Assembly: GCA_963796085.1 (NCBI GenBank)
Contig: CAWCKF010000003.1
Location: forward strand, 126,951 to 190,950
DNA length: 64,000 bases
Reading direction: 5' to 3'
Source of the DNA: an uncultured Acidobacteriaceae bacterium
GTDB taxonomy: Bacteria > Acidobacteriota > Terriglobia > Terriglobales > Acidobacteriaceae
A program made the position numbers and the translations under genes. Below, in pieces: positions 52,031-61,387 of this stretch. The notes under the pieces are model-generated. The model made no database searches, was not told the DNA's origin, and saw only the letters and a list, made by a program, of their open reading frames with translations. Positions within the stretch are counted from its first letter, which is position 1. Every line of letters begins with the position of its first letter.

Positions 52031-53296
52031 ATGCGCCGAGTCTATGCAGACGCCAACGCCACCACCCCTCTGCTGCCGGAGGTGATGGAGGCCATGCGCC
52101 CGTATTGGATGGAGCGCTTCGGCAACGCCTCCTCGATCCATCTCGACGGGCAGCAGGCGCGCGCCGCCGTGAACCGGGCGCGCGAGACGCTGGCGGAGTT
52201 CTTCAACTGCCATGCCGCCGAGGTGGTCTTCAACTCCGGCGGCACCGAGGGCGACAACACGGCCATCTTCGGCCTGCTGCGCCCCGGCGACCACTTCATC
52301 ACCACTTCGATAGAGCACTCGGCCATTCTGCAGGCCGCGCAGCGCATGGCCGACCGCGGCGTGGAGACGACCTTTGTCGCGCCCCAGGCGAGCGGCCTGA
52401 TTGACCCGGCGGATATTCAGCGCGCCATCCGCCCCCAGACGCGGTTGATCAGCGTGATGCTGGCCAACAACGAGACCGGCGTCCTGCAGCCAGTGGAAGA
52501 AATTGGAGAGATCGCCCGTGCGGCCGGCGTCTTCTTTCACATCGATGCCGTGCAGGGCGCGGGCAAAATCAACCTCGATGTCCGCCGCTTCGGCTGCCAC
52601 CTCTGCTCCATCAGCGCCCACAAGATGCATGGGCCGAAGGGCGTTGGAGCGATGTTCGTGCGCCGCGGAACGCCACTCGAATCGTTGCTGGTAGGCGGCA
52701 GCCATGAGCGCCGGCAACGAGCGGGTACTGAGAACGTACCCGGCATCGTGGGCCTGGCTAAAGCTGCGGAACTGGCCATGCGCTTGCTGGAAGATGGAAC
52801 CATGCACCGGCTGGCGGCCCTGCGCGACCGGCTGGAAGCGGGCATTCTGCGCATTTCCGGCACCGGCGTGAACGGGTCGTTAATTCCACAACTGCCGGGT
52901 GCCCCATCCTTGCCGCGTACTTGTTTTTGCGGCAAGGGTGGGAAACCTCAAAACTCAACCGGACACGTTTTTGAGAACGGTTGCATGCCCGTCCCCCGCG
53001 TGGCCAACACCACGAATATCTGGTTCGACGATCTGGAGGGCGAGGCGCTGGTGATTGCGCTGGATCTGAAGGGCGTATCCGTCTCCGGCGGCTCGGCCTG
53101 CCACTCCGGAGCCACCGAGCCCAGCCACGTGCTGATGGCCATGGGCCTGGACAAGAATCGCGCCCGCGCCAGCCTGCGCTTCAGCCTGCTCAAGACCGCC
53201 ACCGAAGCGGATGTGGACTATATCTTGCAGGTGGTTCCGGAGGCCGTCGAACACCTGCGCGCACTTTCGCCTGTAGCAGCCGGAACGCTGGGCTGA
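52031..53296 (+). CDS. iscS: Cysteine desulfurase (IscS/NifS) with repeat-derived insertion
   Basis: DANATTP, SGGTEGDN, SAHKMHGPKG, GSACHSG, SLRFS; adjacent to mnmA. Confidence 0.92.
   Translation: MRRVYADANATTPLLPEVMEAMRPYWMERFGNASSIHLDGQQARAAVNRARETLAEFFNCHAAEVVFNSGGTEGDNTAIFGLLRPGDHFITTSIEHSAILQAAQRMADRGVETTFVAPQASGLIDPADIQRAIRPQTRLISVMLANNETGVLQPVEEIGEIARAAGVFFHIDAVQGAGKINLDVRRFGCHLCSISAHKMHGPKGVGAMFVRRGTPLESLLVGGSHERRQRAGTENVPGIVGLAKAAELAMRLLEDGTMHRLAALRDRLEAGILRISGTGVNGSLIPQLPGAPSLPRTCFCGKGGKPQNSTGHVFENGCMPVPRVANTTNIWFDDLEGEALVIALDLKGVSVSGGSACHSGATEPSHVLMAMGLDKNRARASLRFSLLKTATEADVDYILQVVPEAVEHLRALSPVAAGTLG
52897..52960 (+). repeat. REP-like family B element, in frame within iscS
   Basis: GGGTGCCCCATCCTTGCCGC-loop-GCGGCAAGGGTGGGAAACCTCAAAACTCAACC. 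Confidence 0.9.
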
Positions 53297-53337
53297 GAAT
53301 GAGAAGAGCAGAGTCAGGGATCTCTGAATAAGTCGAA

Positions 53338-53496
53338 GTTTTGAAAGGGCACGGCTTTAGCCGTGCCGCCTGACCATGAGAAAATGTCGGGCTTCAGCCC
53401 CTGAGGGGAATCTTATTAGGAGACTTTCCCTCAGCGGCTAAAGCCGGATTCTGTGATTTGTTTTTTTGCGGCACGGCTGAAGCCGTGTCCTTTCAA
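53338..53496. repeat. Family A inverted dimer
   Basis: GTTTTGAAAGGGCACGGCTTTAGCCGTGCC...GGCACGGCTGAAGCCGTGTCCTTTCAA. Confidence 0.92.
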
Positions 53497-53531
53497 TGCT
53501 ACGCGATTTTCCGAAGTAGATAAGTTTCCCC

Positions 53532-54666
53532 ATGAGTGAGCAGACAACAATTGCGGTGGCCATGTCCGGAGGGGTGGACTCCTCGACGGTTGCGGCCCTG
53601 CTCGCCCACGGGGACGACGGCTCCGCCGTTCCGCATAATGTAGTTGGCCTGACGCTTCAGCTTTGGGACCAGACGCGGCTGGCCGGAAGGCATGGCATCC
53701 CCGACGCGCCCAAGGCCGGCCGCTGCTGTTCCCTGGACGATGTCTACGACGCCCGCCGCGTTGCCGAGCACCTCGGCATTCCCTACTACGTCGTCAACCA
53801 GGAGGAGCGCTTCGAGCGCGATGTGGTGCGGCCTTTTGTCGAGGAGTACATGGCCGGGCGCACGCCCATCCCCTGCTCGCTCTGCAACAACCACCTCAAG
53901 TTCGACCAGTTGCTCCAGACCGCGCGCTCCATCGGCGCCGGCCGCATCGCCACTGGGCACTACGCGGTCAACGAGTACGATCCGCGGCGCGGGCGCTGGA
54001 TTCTCAAGCGCCCTGCCGACCTGGCCAAGGACCAGACCTACTTCCTCTTCGGCCTGACCCAGGAGCAGTTGGCGCGCACGCTCTTTCCCCTGGGCCGCCT
54101 CACCAAGCCTGAGGTGCGCGCAGGCCGCCCGCCGCCACGGCCTGATGCTGGCCGAGAAGCCCGACTCGCAGGAGATTTGCTTCATCCCCGGCGGCGACTA
54201 CAAGCAGTTCCTCACCGCCTATCTTGAAGAGCAGGGCGAGCAGGTTCCGGAGACGGCCGGCGAACTGGTCGCCTCGAATGGCGAGGTGCTGGGCCGGCAC
54301 GAGGGCATCTTCAACTTCACCGTGGGCCAGCGCAAGGGGCTGGGCGTCAGCTCGCCGTCGCCGCTTTATGTGCTCCATATCGACCCGGTCAGCCACCGCG
54401 TGACCGTGGGCCCGGACGTCGAATTGGCCACCCGCACCCTGCGCGCCCGCCGCCTGAACTGGATTTCGATTCCCGAGCTGACCGCGCCCATGCGCGTGCA
54501 GGCCAAGATTCGCCATCGCCACGAGCCCGCCTGGGCGGTTCTGGAACCGGCCGGCGCGGATGAGGTCATTGCCACCTTCGACGAACCCCAGCGCGCCGTC
54601 ACCCCTGGACAGTCTGCGGTGTTTTATAACGGCGACGAAGTAGTGGGCGGGGGATGGATCGTTTAA
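53532..54666 (+). CDS. mnmA: tRNA 2-thiouridylase, frameshift near 54120
   Basis: [48 protein letters not shown]. Confidence 0.96.
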
Positions 54667-55184
54667 AGGATATTCTCTTCATCCCCGGGAAAGTCCGGCG
54701 GCGGCGGCTCGGCATCGGAGGCGCGCAGCGATTCGATGACCGCCTTGACAGACGCCAACAGGCCCGAAAGTTGCCGCGCCGGCTTGCTGACGGCGTCAGA
54801 CAGGAAGCCGCCGGCCCGGTCCACGGCATCCAGAACGCTGGTGAGCATGGCATCCACGCGGCTGCTCTGCTGGCGCACGCGTTCAATGATATGCCGGGCC
54901 GTGGTTTCCACCACCGCGGTCTGCTCCCGCAAACCATGCGCCACCGCCGCCACGTCGGCCACCGTGGTTTCCACATGCGGAGTCACGCGGGTAAGAAGAT
55001 CGCGCGTGTCGTAGATGATGGGCATGGTCGCGGAACGCAGCTCCTCGACATCCTCTCTGAGGGAGCGGGCAGCCTTGCGGATGGTGATGAAGATGGCCAG
55101 CAGAACGATGGCCTGCAGCAACAATGCCAGCGCGGTAACGGCAACAATGGCCAGCAGAATAGTTTGATTGTCCAAATTAGGCAT
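54663..55184 (-). CDS. DUF948-like membrane-anchored coiled-coil protein
   Basis: N-terminal TM followed by amphipathic helices; next to the YtxH-like gene. Confidence 0.7.
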   Translation of the reverse strand: MPNLDNQTILLAIVAVTALALLLQAIVLLAIFITIRKAARSLREDVEELRSATMPIIYDTRDLLTRVTPHVETTVADVAAVAHGLREQTAVVETTARHIIERVRQQSSRVDAMLTSVLDAVDRAGGFLSDAVSKPARQLSGLLASVKAVIESLRASDAEPPPPDFPGDEENIL

Positions 55185-55478
55185 CGCCGTGTTCTCGCGC
55201 AGGTCAACTGCGGACATCAATACAATTTGTTGAACGCGCCCCCCGGCAGGAAGAAGCGCTCTGACCCGCGCCCGCGCGTCCTGCCTGGAGCGAAAACCAC
55301 GATAGCGCTGCCCTGAAAGACCGTGCCCGTGTTGAAACTCAAGGAAATCAACACCTCAGAGCCGTGGCCCTGGTTACACCAATCGTGGTTTCGCTGTTGC
55401 CACTGGCGCGCTCAGTCCCGCAACGGTTGATGGAACAAAAGGAGACCGGAGCGGAATGCACCTCAGGCAAAGCGCTGT

Positions 55479-55847
55479 TCAGCGCTCCGCCGGATCGGTG
55501 GTGCTGGCTTTGTAAGCCTGGCGCCCCGCATCCACGGCCGCGCTCACGCGGGTGGTCTGGTCGTTGACCAGGTTCTTGCCCCGCTCCACAAACTCTTCCC
55601 ACTGCGCCCGCCCGCGATCCATGTACTCGCCCACCTGCTCCTTGCCCCTGTCCACCAGGGCGCTCACCTGCTCGGCGGCATGCTGGCCGCGGGAGCGCAG
55701 ATACTCAGTGCCCTCGCGGGCGCCGCTTACCAGGCTCTCACGGGTCTCGCGGCCGCTCTTGGGGGCATACAGAATCCCCACCAGCGCACCCACGCCCAAC
55801 CCGGCCAGAAACCATGCCAGGCCGTATGACTTGTTTTCCTCTGCCAT
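55479..55847 (-). CDS. YtxH-domain protein
   Basis: FLAGLGVGALVGILYAPKSGRETR; AAAGGAG RBS. Confidence 0.9.
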   Translation of the reverse strand: MAEENKSYGLAWFLAGLGVGALVGILYAPKSGRETRESLVSGAREGTEYLRSRGQHAAEQVSALVDRGKEQVGEYMDRGRAQWEEFVERGKNLVNDQTTRVSAAVDAGRQAYKASTTDPAER

Positions 55848-56221
55848 GACGAACACTCCTTTCGCTCAGCCTTATGAATGCTTGAGCGTATCAAAACTTT
55901 CCGGTGTGCCGCAAATCCCGGCACGGTTGCCGTCCCGTTGCGCACGCCGGATGAAGAGGCCGGCGCGTGCTCCAGTCCGGAGCGAAATCCCGCGCCAATC
56001 TCAACGCATTGGACGCGGTTGCGCATCCTAAGTTGCAAGGTCTTCCCCGTTACGCCGGTAACCTGCTCCTCTTCAACACAATACAGCAAATGGCTGCCGC
56101 ATGGCTGCTGTTTTGACGGCTGCCAAAGGAATTTGCCGGCGGCGGCACCGAAAAACAGCCCAAAAACGGAACGGTTCCGAAGGTCTGCGCCGCATACCGC
56201 CGGCTTTGTCGCAAGATGGCG

Positions 56222-56947
56222 TTACTGGGGAACAAGCCTGCCGGTCTTCTTCCATGCCGCGATGCGCGAAAAGTGATACTGGAAGTAGTAAATGTTAAAG
56301 AAAAAGGTCATTACGCCGCTGAGCCTCAGGCTGATGGGCTCTATGCGGTTGTAATAATCCACCAGGGACTTGCGGATATTAAAGACGGCAACGAAGAACA
56401 GCACCAATCCCGCAATTTCCAGCAGCCCTCCGAAAACGGAGAGCCCGGAGCTGGCTTCATCGCCCGCCTGGGCCACCGCCTGAACGATTCCGCTGATAAA
56501 GCAGGCGCCGTAGGCCAGGATCCCAAGCAGAATAGCGTGGCTTTGGCGATCGATCTTGCGGGCAAAGTTGGCCTCCACGAAGTACCAGGCGATCAGGAAA
56601 AACCCCAAGGTCACGCAGCCGAAGAGCAGCACCAGCGCCCAGTGAAGATCGGGGGGCGTGAGAGGCTGAGCCGCATAACCGTATCCGGAAGGAGGATAGG
56701 CGCCCGCATTGGGGAGTTGAGGCGGGGGCGGGTTCCAGGCGGCCGGAACAGGAGGCGCCTGGGGCGGAGGCGGGGGAGGCGGCGAGGTAGACAAAGGAAC
56801 GATCTCGGCCAGGGAAGCCCAGTTCAACATTCCCTCATGCCATGCCAGGTCCGTGGGGGAGATGCTCCCTTCGGCCACCATGCGCCGCAGGTCTTCCAGC
56901 GAATAAGGGCCGTATTTCTGGCCGTTCCGGGCAAGCCAATAGTTCAT
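56222..56947 (-). CDS. GYF_2 (DUF4339) domain membrane protein
   Basis: NGQKYGPYS...WHEGMLNW, Pro-rich linker, four TM helices. Confidence 0.85.
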   Translation of the reverse strand: MNYWLARNGQKYGPYSLEDLRRMVAEGSISPTDLAWHEGMLNWASLAEIVPLSTSPPPPPPPQAPPVPAAWNPPPPQLPNAGAYPPSGYGYAAQPLTPPDLHWALVLLFGCVTLGFFLIAWYFVEANFARKIDRQSHAILLGILAYGACFISGIVQAVAQAGDEASSGLSVFGGLLEIAGLVLFFVAVFNIRKSLVDYYNRIEPISLRLSGVMTFFFNIYYFQYHFSRIAAWKKTGRLVPQ

Positions 56948-57014
56948 AATTCGGCGAGTATACCAAGAATGCCGCTGCGTCTGGGTTAAATCGCTGCGAA
57001 GGGGGTGGAAGTGT

Positions 57015-57587
57015 TCAGCGCGCCGGCCACTCTTCGACCACCAGTCCCAGGTCGTTGAGCTGCTGGATGGCGGATTCGACGTTGCGGCGGACCCTGGGAC
57101 GGTCCTTGCGGCTGGCCAGCGGCGACTCCGCCACGGCGATCACGCGGCCATAGCGCCAGGCGCCGGGGGGCAGCGCCACTAGGGCGTCGGCCAGGTCGCC
57201 GGGACGCAATTGAACTTCCTGGCGGCGGGCGGCTTCAGGGCGCAGCATGGTTCCCTGCCCCAGGCTGCTGGGGTTGGCGTCGGCCATGGTAACGCGCAGG
57301 CTGAGGGTATCGGTGTTCACGCTGAGAAAAGGATTGGCCCATGCACTGGCCTCATGCACATCGACATAAAGGCTCTTGGTGGGCAGCGGGATGCGCGCCA
57401 GGGCGGCGCGTTGCTGCTCGCGCTCTGTGGCGGCGGCCTGCGCGGCGGCCTGCGCCTTTTGCTCGGCGTTGACCGCGTTCTGGGCCGCGCCTACCACCTC
57501 CTGTTCTTCCTTGTGGCAGGCAATCGGGGCCACGGCCAGCAACAGGGCCATGCCCAACAATCCACCGGCTTTGCACCGCTGTATCAC
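57015..57587 (-). CDS. Hypothetical lipoprotein
   Basis: Signal peptide with PIAC lipobox-like motif; WANPFL and AWRYGRVIAV. Confidence 0.7.
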   Translation of the reverse strand: MIQRCKAGGLLGMALLLAVAPIACHKEEQEVVGAAQNAVNAEQKAQAAAQAAATEREQQRAALARIPLPTKSLYVDVHEASAWANPFLSVNTDTLSLRVTMADANPSSLGQGTMLRPEAARRQEVQLRPGDLADALVALPPGAWRYGRVIAVAESPLASRKDRPRVRRNVESAIQQLNDLGLVVEEWPAR

Positions 57588-57893
57588 CCTTCAAGAATAG
57601 CAGGGTCGAGATACTGGAATGGCCGTCGCCGCAGACTGCCTCAGGTGGCTCGTTACAGGACAATTTACCCTGGCCATCATCTCCCCGCGCGGCCGAAGAA
57701 ACGCGTTTATGTTATTGGTTCTTAACCGGGAATGGACACGGCGCATCGCTTCAAAAGGGTATTGGTTACTCTGGTCATGGAAATATCTGTGGATGGATAC
57801 CCAGGTTGATGTATTCTGTAGAGGATTCTCAACAAAAATTTAACATTACAAAATCATCTTTGGGTCGTTTTGCTGGTTGCGGAGGGTAAGCGC

Positions 57894-59612
57894 ATGAAAT
57901 CTGTAGTATCAAAGTCTATGAGGTGGGTTTTCGCCCTGGCCATTGCGGCCTTAGTGCCTGTTGTTCTGGGAGCCCAGGTTACGGCCACGTCAGCGGCGAA
58001 ATTTGCAGGCAACGATACCCCGTCCAAATGGGACATCTTTGTGGGTTACAGCTACCTGGCGCCCAAGGGAACGGTAGGCCGGAACGTCTATCAGAACATC
58101 AACTACGGCGGCATTGCCAGTGTTGCCCGCTTTTTTAATAAGAATGTAGGCTTGCAGTTCGAGGGCGATGAGCACATGGAATCGGAGGATTGGCCCCCCG
58201 GCTCCAACACTTCGGCAATTAACGCCAATGACGATTTTGCGGGCGCATCGGCCGGCTTGATCCTCCGCTTCCCCACCGCACATGTTACGCCCTGGGTTCA
58301 TGCCCTGGGCGGCGGCGAACGCGTTGGCAGTCTATTTCAGCTCGACACATGGGGCTGGGTGGTGACAGCCGGCGGCGGCCTGGATATCGAGACGCCGTGG
58401 TTAAAGCATCGCCTGGCCTTTCGCCTTGTCCAGGCGGATTATCAGTATGCCAGCGTGAACTTCCTCGCCGGAGATGGCGGCGCCGGCACGTTTAACATCA
58501 TGCGCCTGAGCAGCGGCGTAGTGTTCCACCTCAATGCCTCGCCGCCGAAGCCGGTGACGCTGGCGTGCTCGGCCAGCCCCGCTTCGATCTACCCCGGCGA
58601 CCCGGTCACGGTGACCGCCACGGCCGGCTACCTGAATCCCAAGCTGAAGGCCGTTTATTCCTGGACGGGCAGCGGCGTGACGGGCAGCGATACCACGGTC
58701 AATGTGGCCACCGGTTCGCTGGCTGCGGGCACCTACACGGTGAAGGGCGCCGTAAAGGAGGGCAAGGCCGACAAGCCCTGGGAGACCGCCGATTGCACGG
58801 CCAGCTTCACGGTCAAGGCCTACGAGCCGCCCACCATCAGTTGCACGGCCAACCCCAGCACCATCAAGCCGGGCGACACCAGCACCATTACTTCTGTGGG
58901 GGTGAGCCCGCAGAATCGTCCTCTTACCTACAGCTACTCGGCATCGGCCGGCACGGTCAGCGGCAACGGCGCCGCGGCGGAGTTCAATTCAGTGGGCGCC
59001 GCCACCGGTGCGGTGGAAATTACCTGCAACGTCGCCGACGACAAAGGCCAGACCGCAACCGCGAACACCACGGTAACCATCACGGCGCCGTATGTGCCGC
59101 CGGCTCCGCACGCCCAGGCGCTGTGCTCCATCGCCTTCGATAAGGACAAGCTGCGTCCGGCGCGGGTGGACAACGAAGCCAGGGCCTGCCTGGACGAAGT
59201 GGCGCTTGACCTCGAGAAGCAGCCCGATGCGAAGGCTGTGATTGTGGGCAAGGCCACCGCCGCGGAGAAGGCCAGGACCGCAAAGCAGGAAGCGGCGGCG
59301 AAGAAATACAAGCATGCCAAGGTTGAGGACCTGGCTGCCGAGCGCGCCGTCAACACCAAGGCATACCTGGTGACGGAGAAGGGCATTGACGCATCGCGCA
59401 TCAGCGTGGTGACCAGCGTCACGGATGGCAAGGCGGTGGAAGACTACCTGGTGCCCTCCGGAGCCGACTTCTCGGCCGATGTGACGGGAACCACCCCGGT
59501 GGATGAGACTGTGGTGAAGCCGCAGGTGCGCAAGCCCCTGGGCGTCAAGGCGCACGCCAGGAAGCCGGTCAAGGCCGCAACAGCGGCTCCAGCCGCCAAG
59601 CCTGCGCAGTAG
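57894..59612 (+). CDS. OmpA-family outer membrane protein (beta-barrel, Ig-like repeats, OmpA-like domain)
   Basis: GGGLD..RLVQADY barrel strands; two Cys-paired Ig/PKD-like modules; AAERAVNTKAYLVTEKGIDASRI. Confidence 0.85.
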   Translation: MKSVVSKSMRWVFALAIAALVPVVLGAQVTATSAAKFAGNDTPSKWDIFVGYSYLAPKGTVGRNVYQNINYGGIASVARFFNKNVGLQFEGDEHMESEDWPPGSNTSAINANDDFAGASAGLILRFPTAHVTPWVHALGGGERVGSLFQLDTWGWVVTAGGGLDIETPWLKHRLAFRLVQADYQYASVNFLAGDGGAGTFNIMRLSSGVVFHLNASPPKPVTLACSASPASIYPGDPVTVTATAGYLNPKLKAVYSWTGSGVTGSDTTVNVATGSLAAGTYTVKGAVKEGKADKPWETADCTASFTVKAYEPPTISCTANPSTIKPGDTSTITSVGVSPQNRPLTYSYSASAGTVSGNGAAAEFNSVGAATGAVEITCNVADDKGQTATANTTVTITAPYVPPAPHAQALCSIAFDKDKLRPARVDNEARACLDEVALDLEKQPDAKAVIVGKATAAEKARTAKQEAAAKKYKHAKVEDLAAERAVNTKAYLVTEKGIDASRISVVTSVTDGKAVEDYLVPSGADFSADVTGTTPVDETVVKPQVRKPLGVKAHARKPVKAATAAPAAKPAQ

Positions 59613-59642
59613 GCCCCGGCCAGCACAGGCATTAATCCGGTT

Positions 59643-59678
59643 CGTCAAGCCTTCCCGGTACTCCGGGAAGGCTTGACG
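59643..59678 (+). terminator. Strong hairpin after the OmpA gene, probable terminator
   Basis: CGTCAAGCCTTCCCGG-TACT-CCGGGAAGGCTTGACG, 16-bp stem with a weak U tail. Confidence 0.7.
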
Positions 59679-59791
59679 CTTGCACGGCTGAACGACTCCT
59701 GCCGCAATCCTTCCCGGCTGACCGGCCTGTTGGCTGCATTCAAGCAGTTGCCTTACAAAATCAAGCGGCTATTATTCGATGGAGGAAGCGC

Positions 59792-60796
59792 ATGATGAGA
59801 GTGGGAGAGATGTTCACGGCCAGGATGGCCCGCAGCGGCGCAACGGCTTTCTTGTTCATCGTTTCATGGGCAGCAAGTGCCGGCGCCCAGACCATTCTGG
59901 CCACGGTATCCTTGCCGCCGAATACCTGCTGCAGCGTTGCCGTCAATGTTGCGCTAAACAGAATCTATGTGAGCGGCGGAGCCTCAGCCCACCAGCAAGT
60001 TTTTGTCCTCAACGGGAGCACCTTCAAGGGCGGGGTTGCCGGCGCCGGGAGCGGAGCCAGCGTGGACAGCAGGACCGGCAACTATTGGGCGGCGACTGTC
60101 TACGGCGGCAGCGCCATTGTCCGCGGCGGCAGCGACAACCTGGAAGTTGCCATTGTTCCTGCCAGCGATGGCTGCCCGGTTTCGACGGCTATCGACGACA
60201 AGGCGCGCAGAGCGTGGGTGGCCACCCAGTGCGGCAACGGCAGCGACCCCGTCTTCGCCTTCGACGCCGACAATTTCTCCCTTATCTCCGGACCCATCCG
60301 GTCTGGCGGCGTGCTGGGACCGGCAGTCGTCAATCCCATGACGGGCAGGCTTTATATTGGCCCCTCCGGAGCTTCAAGAAGGGTGAATGCGAAAACCTTC
60401 GAGGTCACCGACAATGCCTTCGGAGTGGTGCAGGCCGTCGACCCGGTCAGCGGCAAACTGTATGCGCTAACAGACACTACGTTGCAGATCATCGACGGCA
60501 GGCCCGATCCCGAAGCTATCGCCGCCAGCGTCGAACTGGGCTACTCTCCGGGCGGGGTGGGAGTCAATCACGCGCTGGGCCATCTCTACCTGAGCAATCC
60601 CGCCAAATCAGCCGTCGAGGTGAGGAATCTCGAAACCGGCGCCCTGATTGCCACTTTTCCGCTGGACGCGGGAGCGAGTCCCATGAGCATCGGCGTTGAC
60701 TCCACCCTGGGCAGGTTGTACGTCTCTGCCGCCAGGAATGGCGAGTCTTTTCTCTATGCCATCAAAGACAATTCAAAGCATGCGTGGCATTGGTAA
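59792..60796 (+). CDS. YncE/YVTN-like beta-propeller secreted protein
   Basis: Repeated AVN/VD..TGRLYV blades; signal peptide. Confidence 0.8.
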   Translation: MMRVGEMFTARMARSGATAFLFIVSWAASAGAQTILATVSLPPNTCCSVAVNVALNRIYVSGGASAHQQVFVLNGSTFKGGVAGAGSGASVDSRTGNYWAATVYGGSAIVRGGSDNLEVAIVPASDGCPVSTAIDDKARRAWVATQCGNGSDPVFAFDADNFSLISGPIRSGGVLGPAVVNPMTGRLYIGPSGASRRVNAKTFEVTDNAFGVVQAVDPVSGKLYALTDTTLQIIDGRPDPEAIAASVELGYSPGGVGVNHALGHLYLSNPAKSAVEVRNLETGALIATFPLDAGASPMSIGVDSTLGRLYVSAARNGESFLYAIKDNSKHAWHW

Positions 60797-60883
60797 ACCC
60801 GGATGAAGTGAGTAATCCTCTCTTCCGTGCATCTGCCGGTTGTGAGAATTTCTTCTGATCAGCGGTAAGCTAACGAAGTTACA

Positions 60884-60934
60884 TTCCCAGGTCTCTCCGC
60901 CGCGGCCCGCCACGGCGGAAGACCTGGGGCACCC
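60884..60934 (-). repeat. REP-like family C element
   Basis: Reverse complement reads GGGTGCCCCAGGTCTTCCGCCG-loop-CGGCGGAGAGACCTGGGAA. Confidence 0.8.
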
Positions 60935-60967
60935 ATACCTACTCCCTGGTCCCTGGTCCCTGCTCCA

Positions 60968-61387
60968 TCACTTGCCAATCATGCTGCGGGCAATCGCATC
61001 CAGCATTCCGTTGAGGAAGTTGATGGACTCCGGCGCACAGTAGCGGCGGCTGATCTCCAGGGCTTCGTTGATGACGATGGGAAAGGGCGTGCCCTTGAAG
61101 CCCAGCATCTCGCCCACGGCCATGCGCAGCAGGTTGCGGTCCACGGCGGGCATGCGCTCCAGCCGCCAGTGCTTGGAGTTGGCCGCGATAAGCTCGTCGA
61201 TCTTTTCCTGCTGATCGACGGCCGCTTTGAACAACTCCTCGGCAAAGCCGCGGACTTCCGCTTCCACCTCGTCGCCGGCCTTCCAGAAGGTGGCGCGCAC
61301 CTGGCCGGGGGTCTGCCTGCCGATGTCCGCCTGATACAGCATCTGCATGGCCAGCTCGCGCGACTTGCGGCGGGGTCCGGAGGTCAA
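60968..61387 (-). CDS. nusB: Transcription antitermination factor NusB
   Basis: RRKSRELAMQMLYQ, WRLERM, IVINEALE, FLNGMLD; TTG start overlapping the ribH stop. Confidence 0.95.
   Translation of the reverse strand: MTSGPRRKSRELAMQMLYQADIGRQTPGQVRATFWKAGDEVEAEVRGFAEELFKAAVDQQEKIDELIAANSKHWRLERMPAVDRNLLRMAVGEMLGFKGTPFPIVINEALEISRRYCAPESINFLNGMLDAIARSMIGK

Noticed and set aside
9185-59648. Long antisense or alternate-frame ORFs (e.g. 9185-10351, 10358-11806, 34328-35854, 42456-43562)
   Set aside because: These are stop-poor shadows of high-GC genes and carry no protein motifs.
60943-60962. TCCCTGG heptamer repeated about three times after nusB
   Set aside because: Too short and isolated to support a function.
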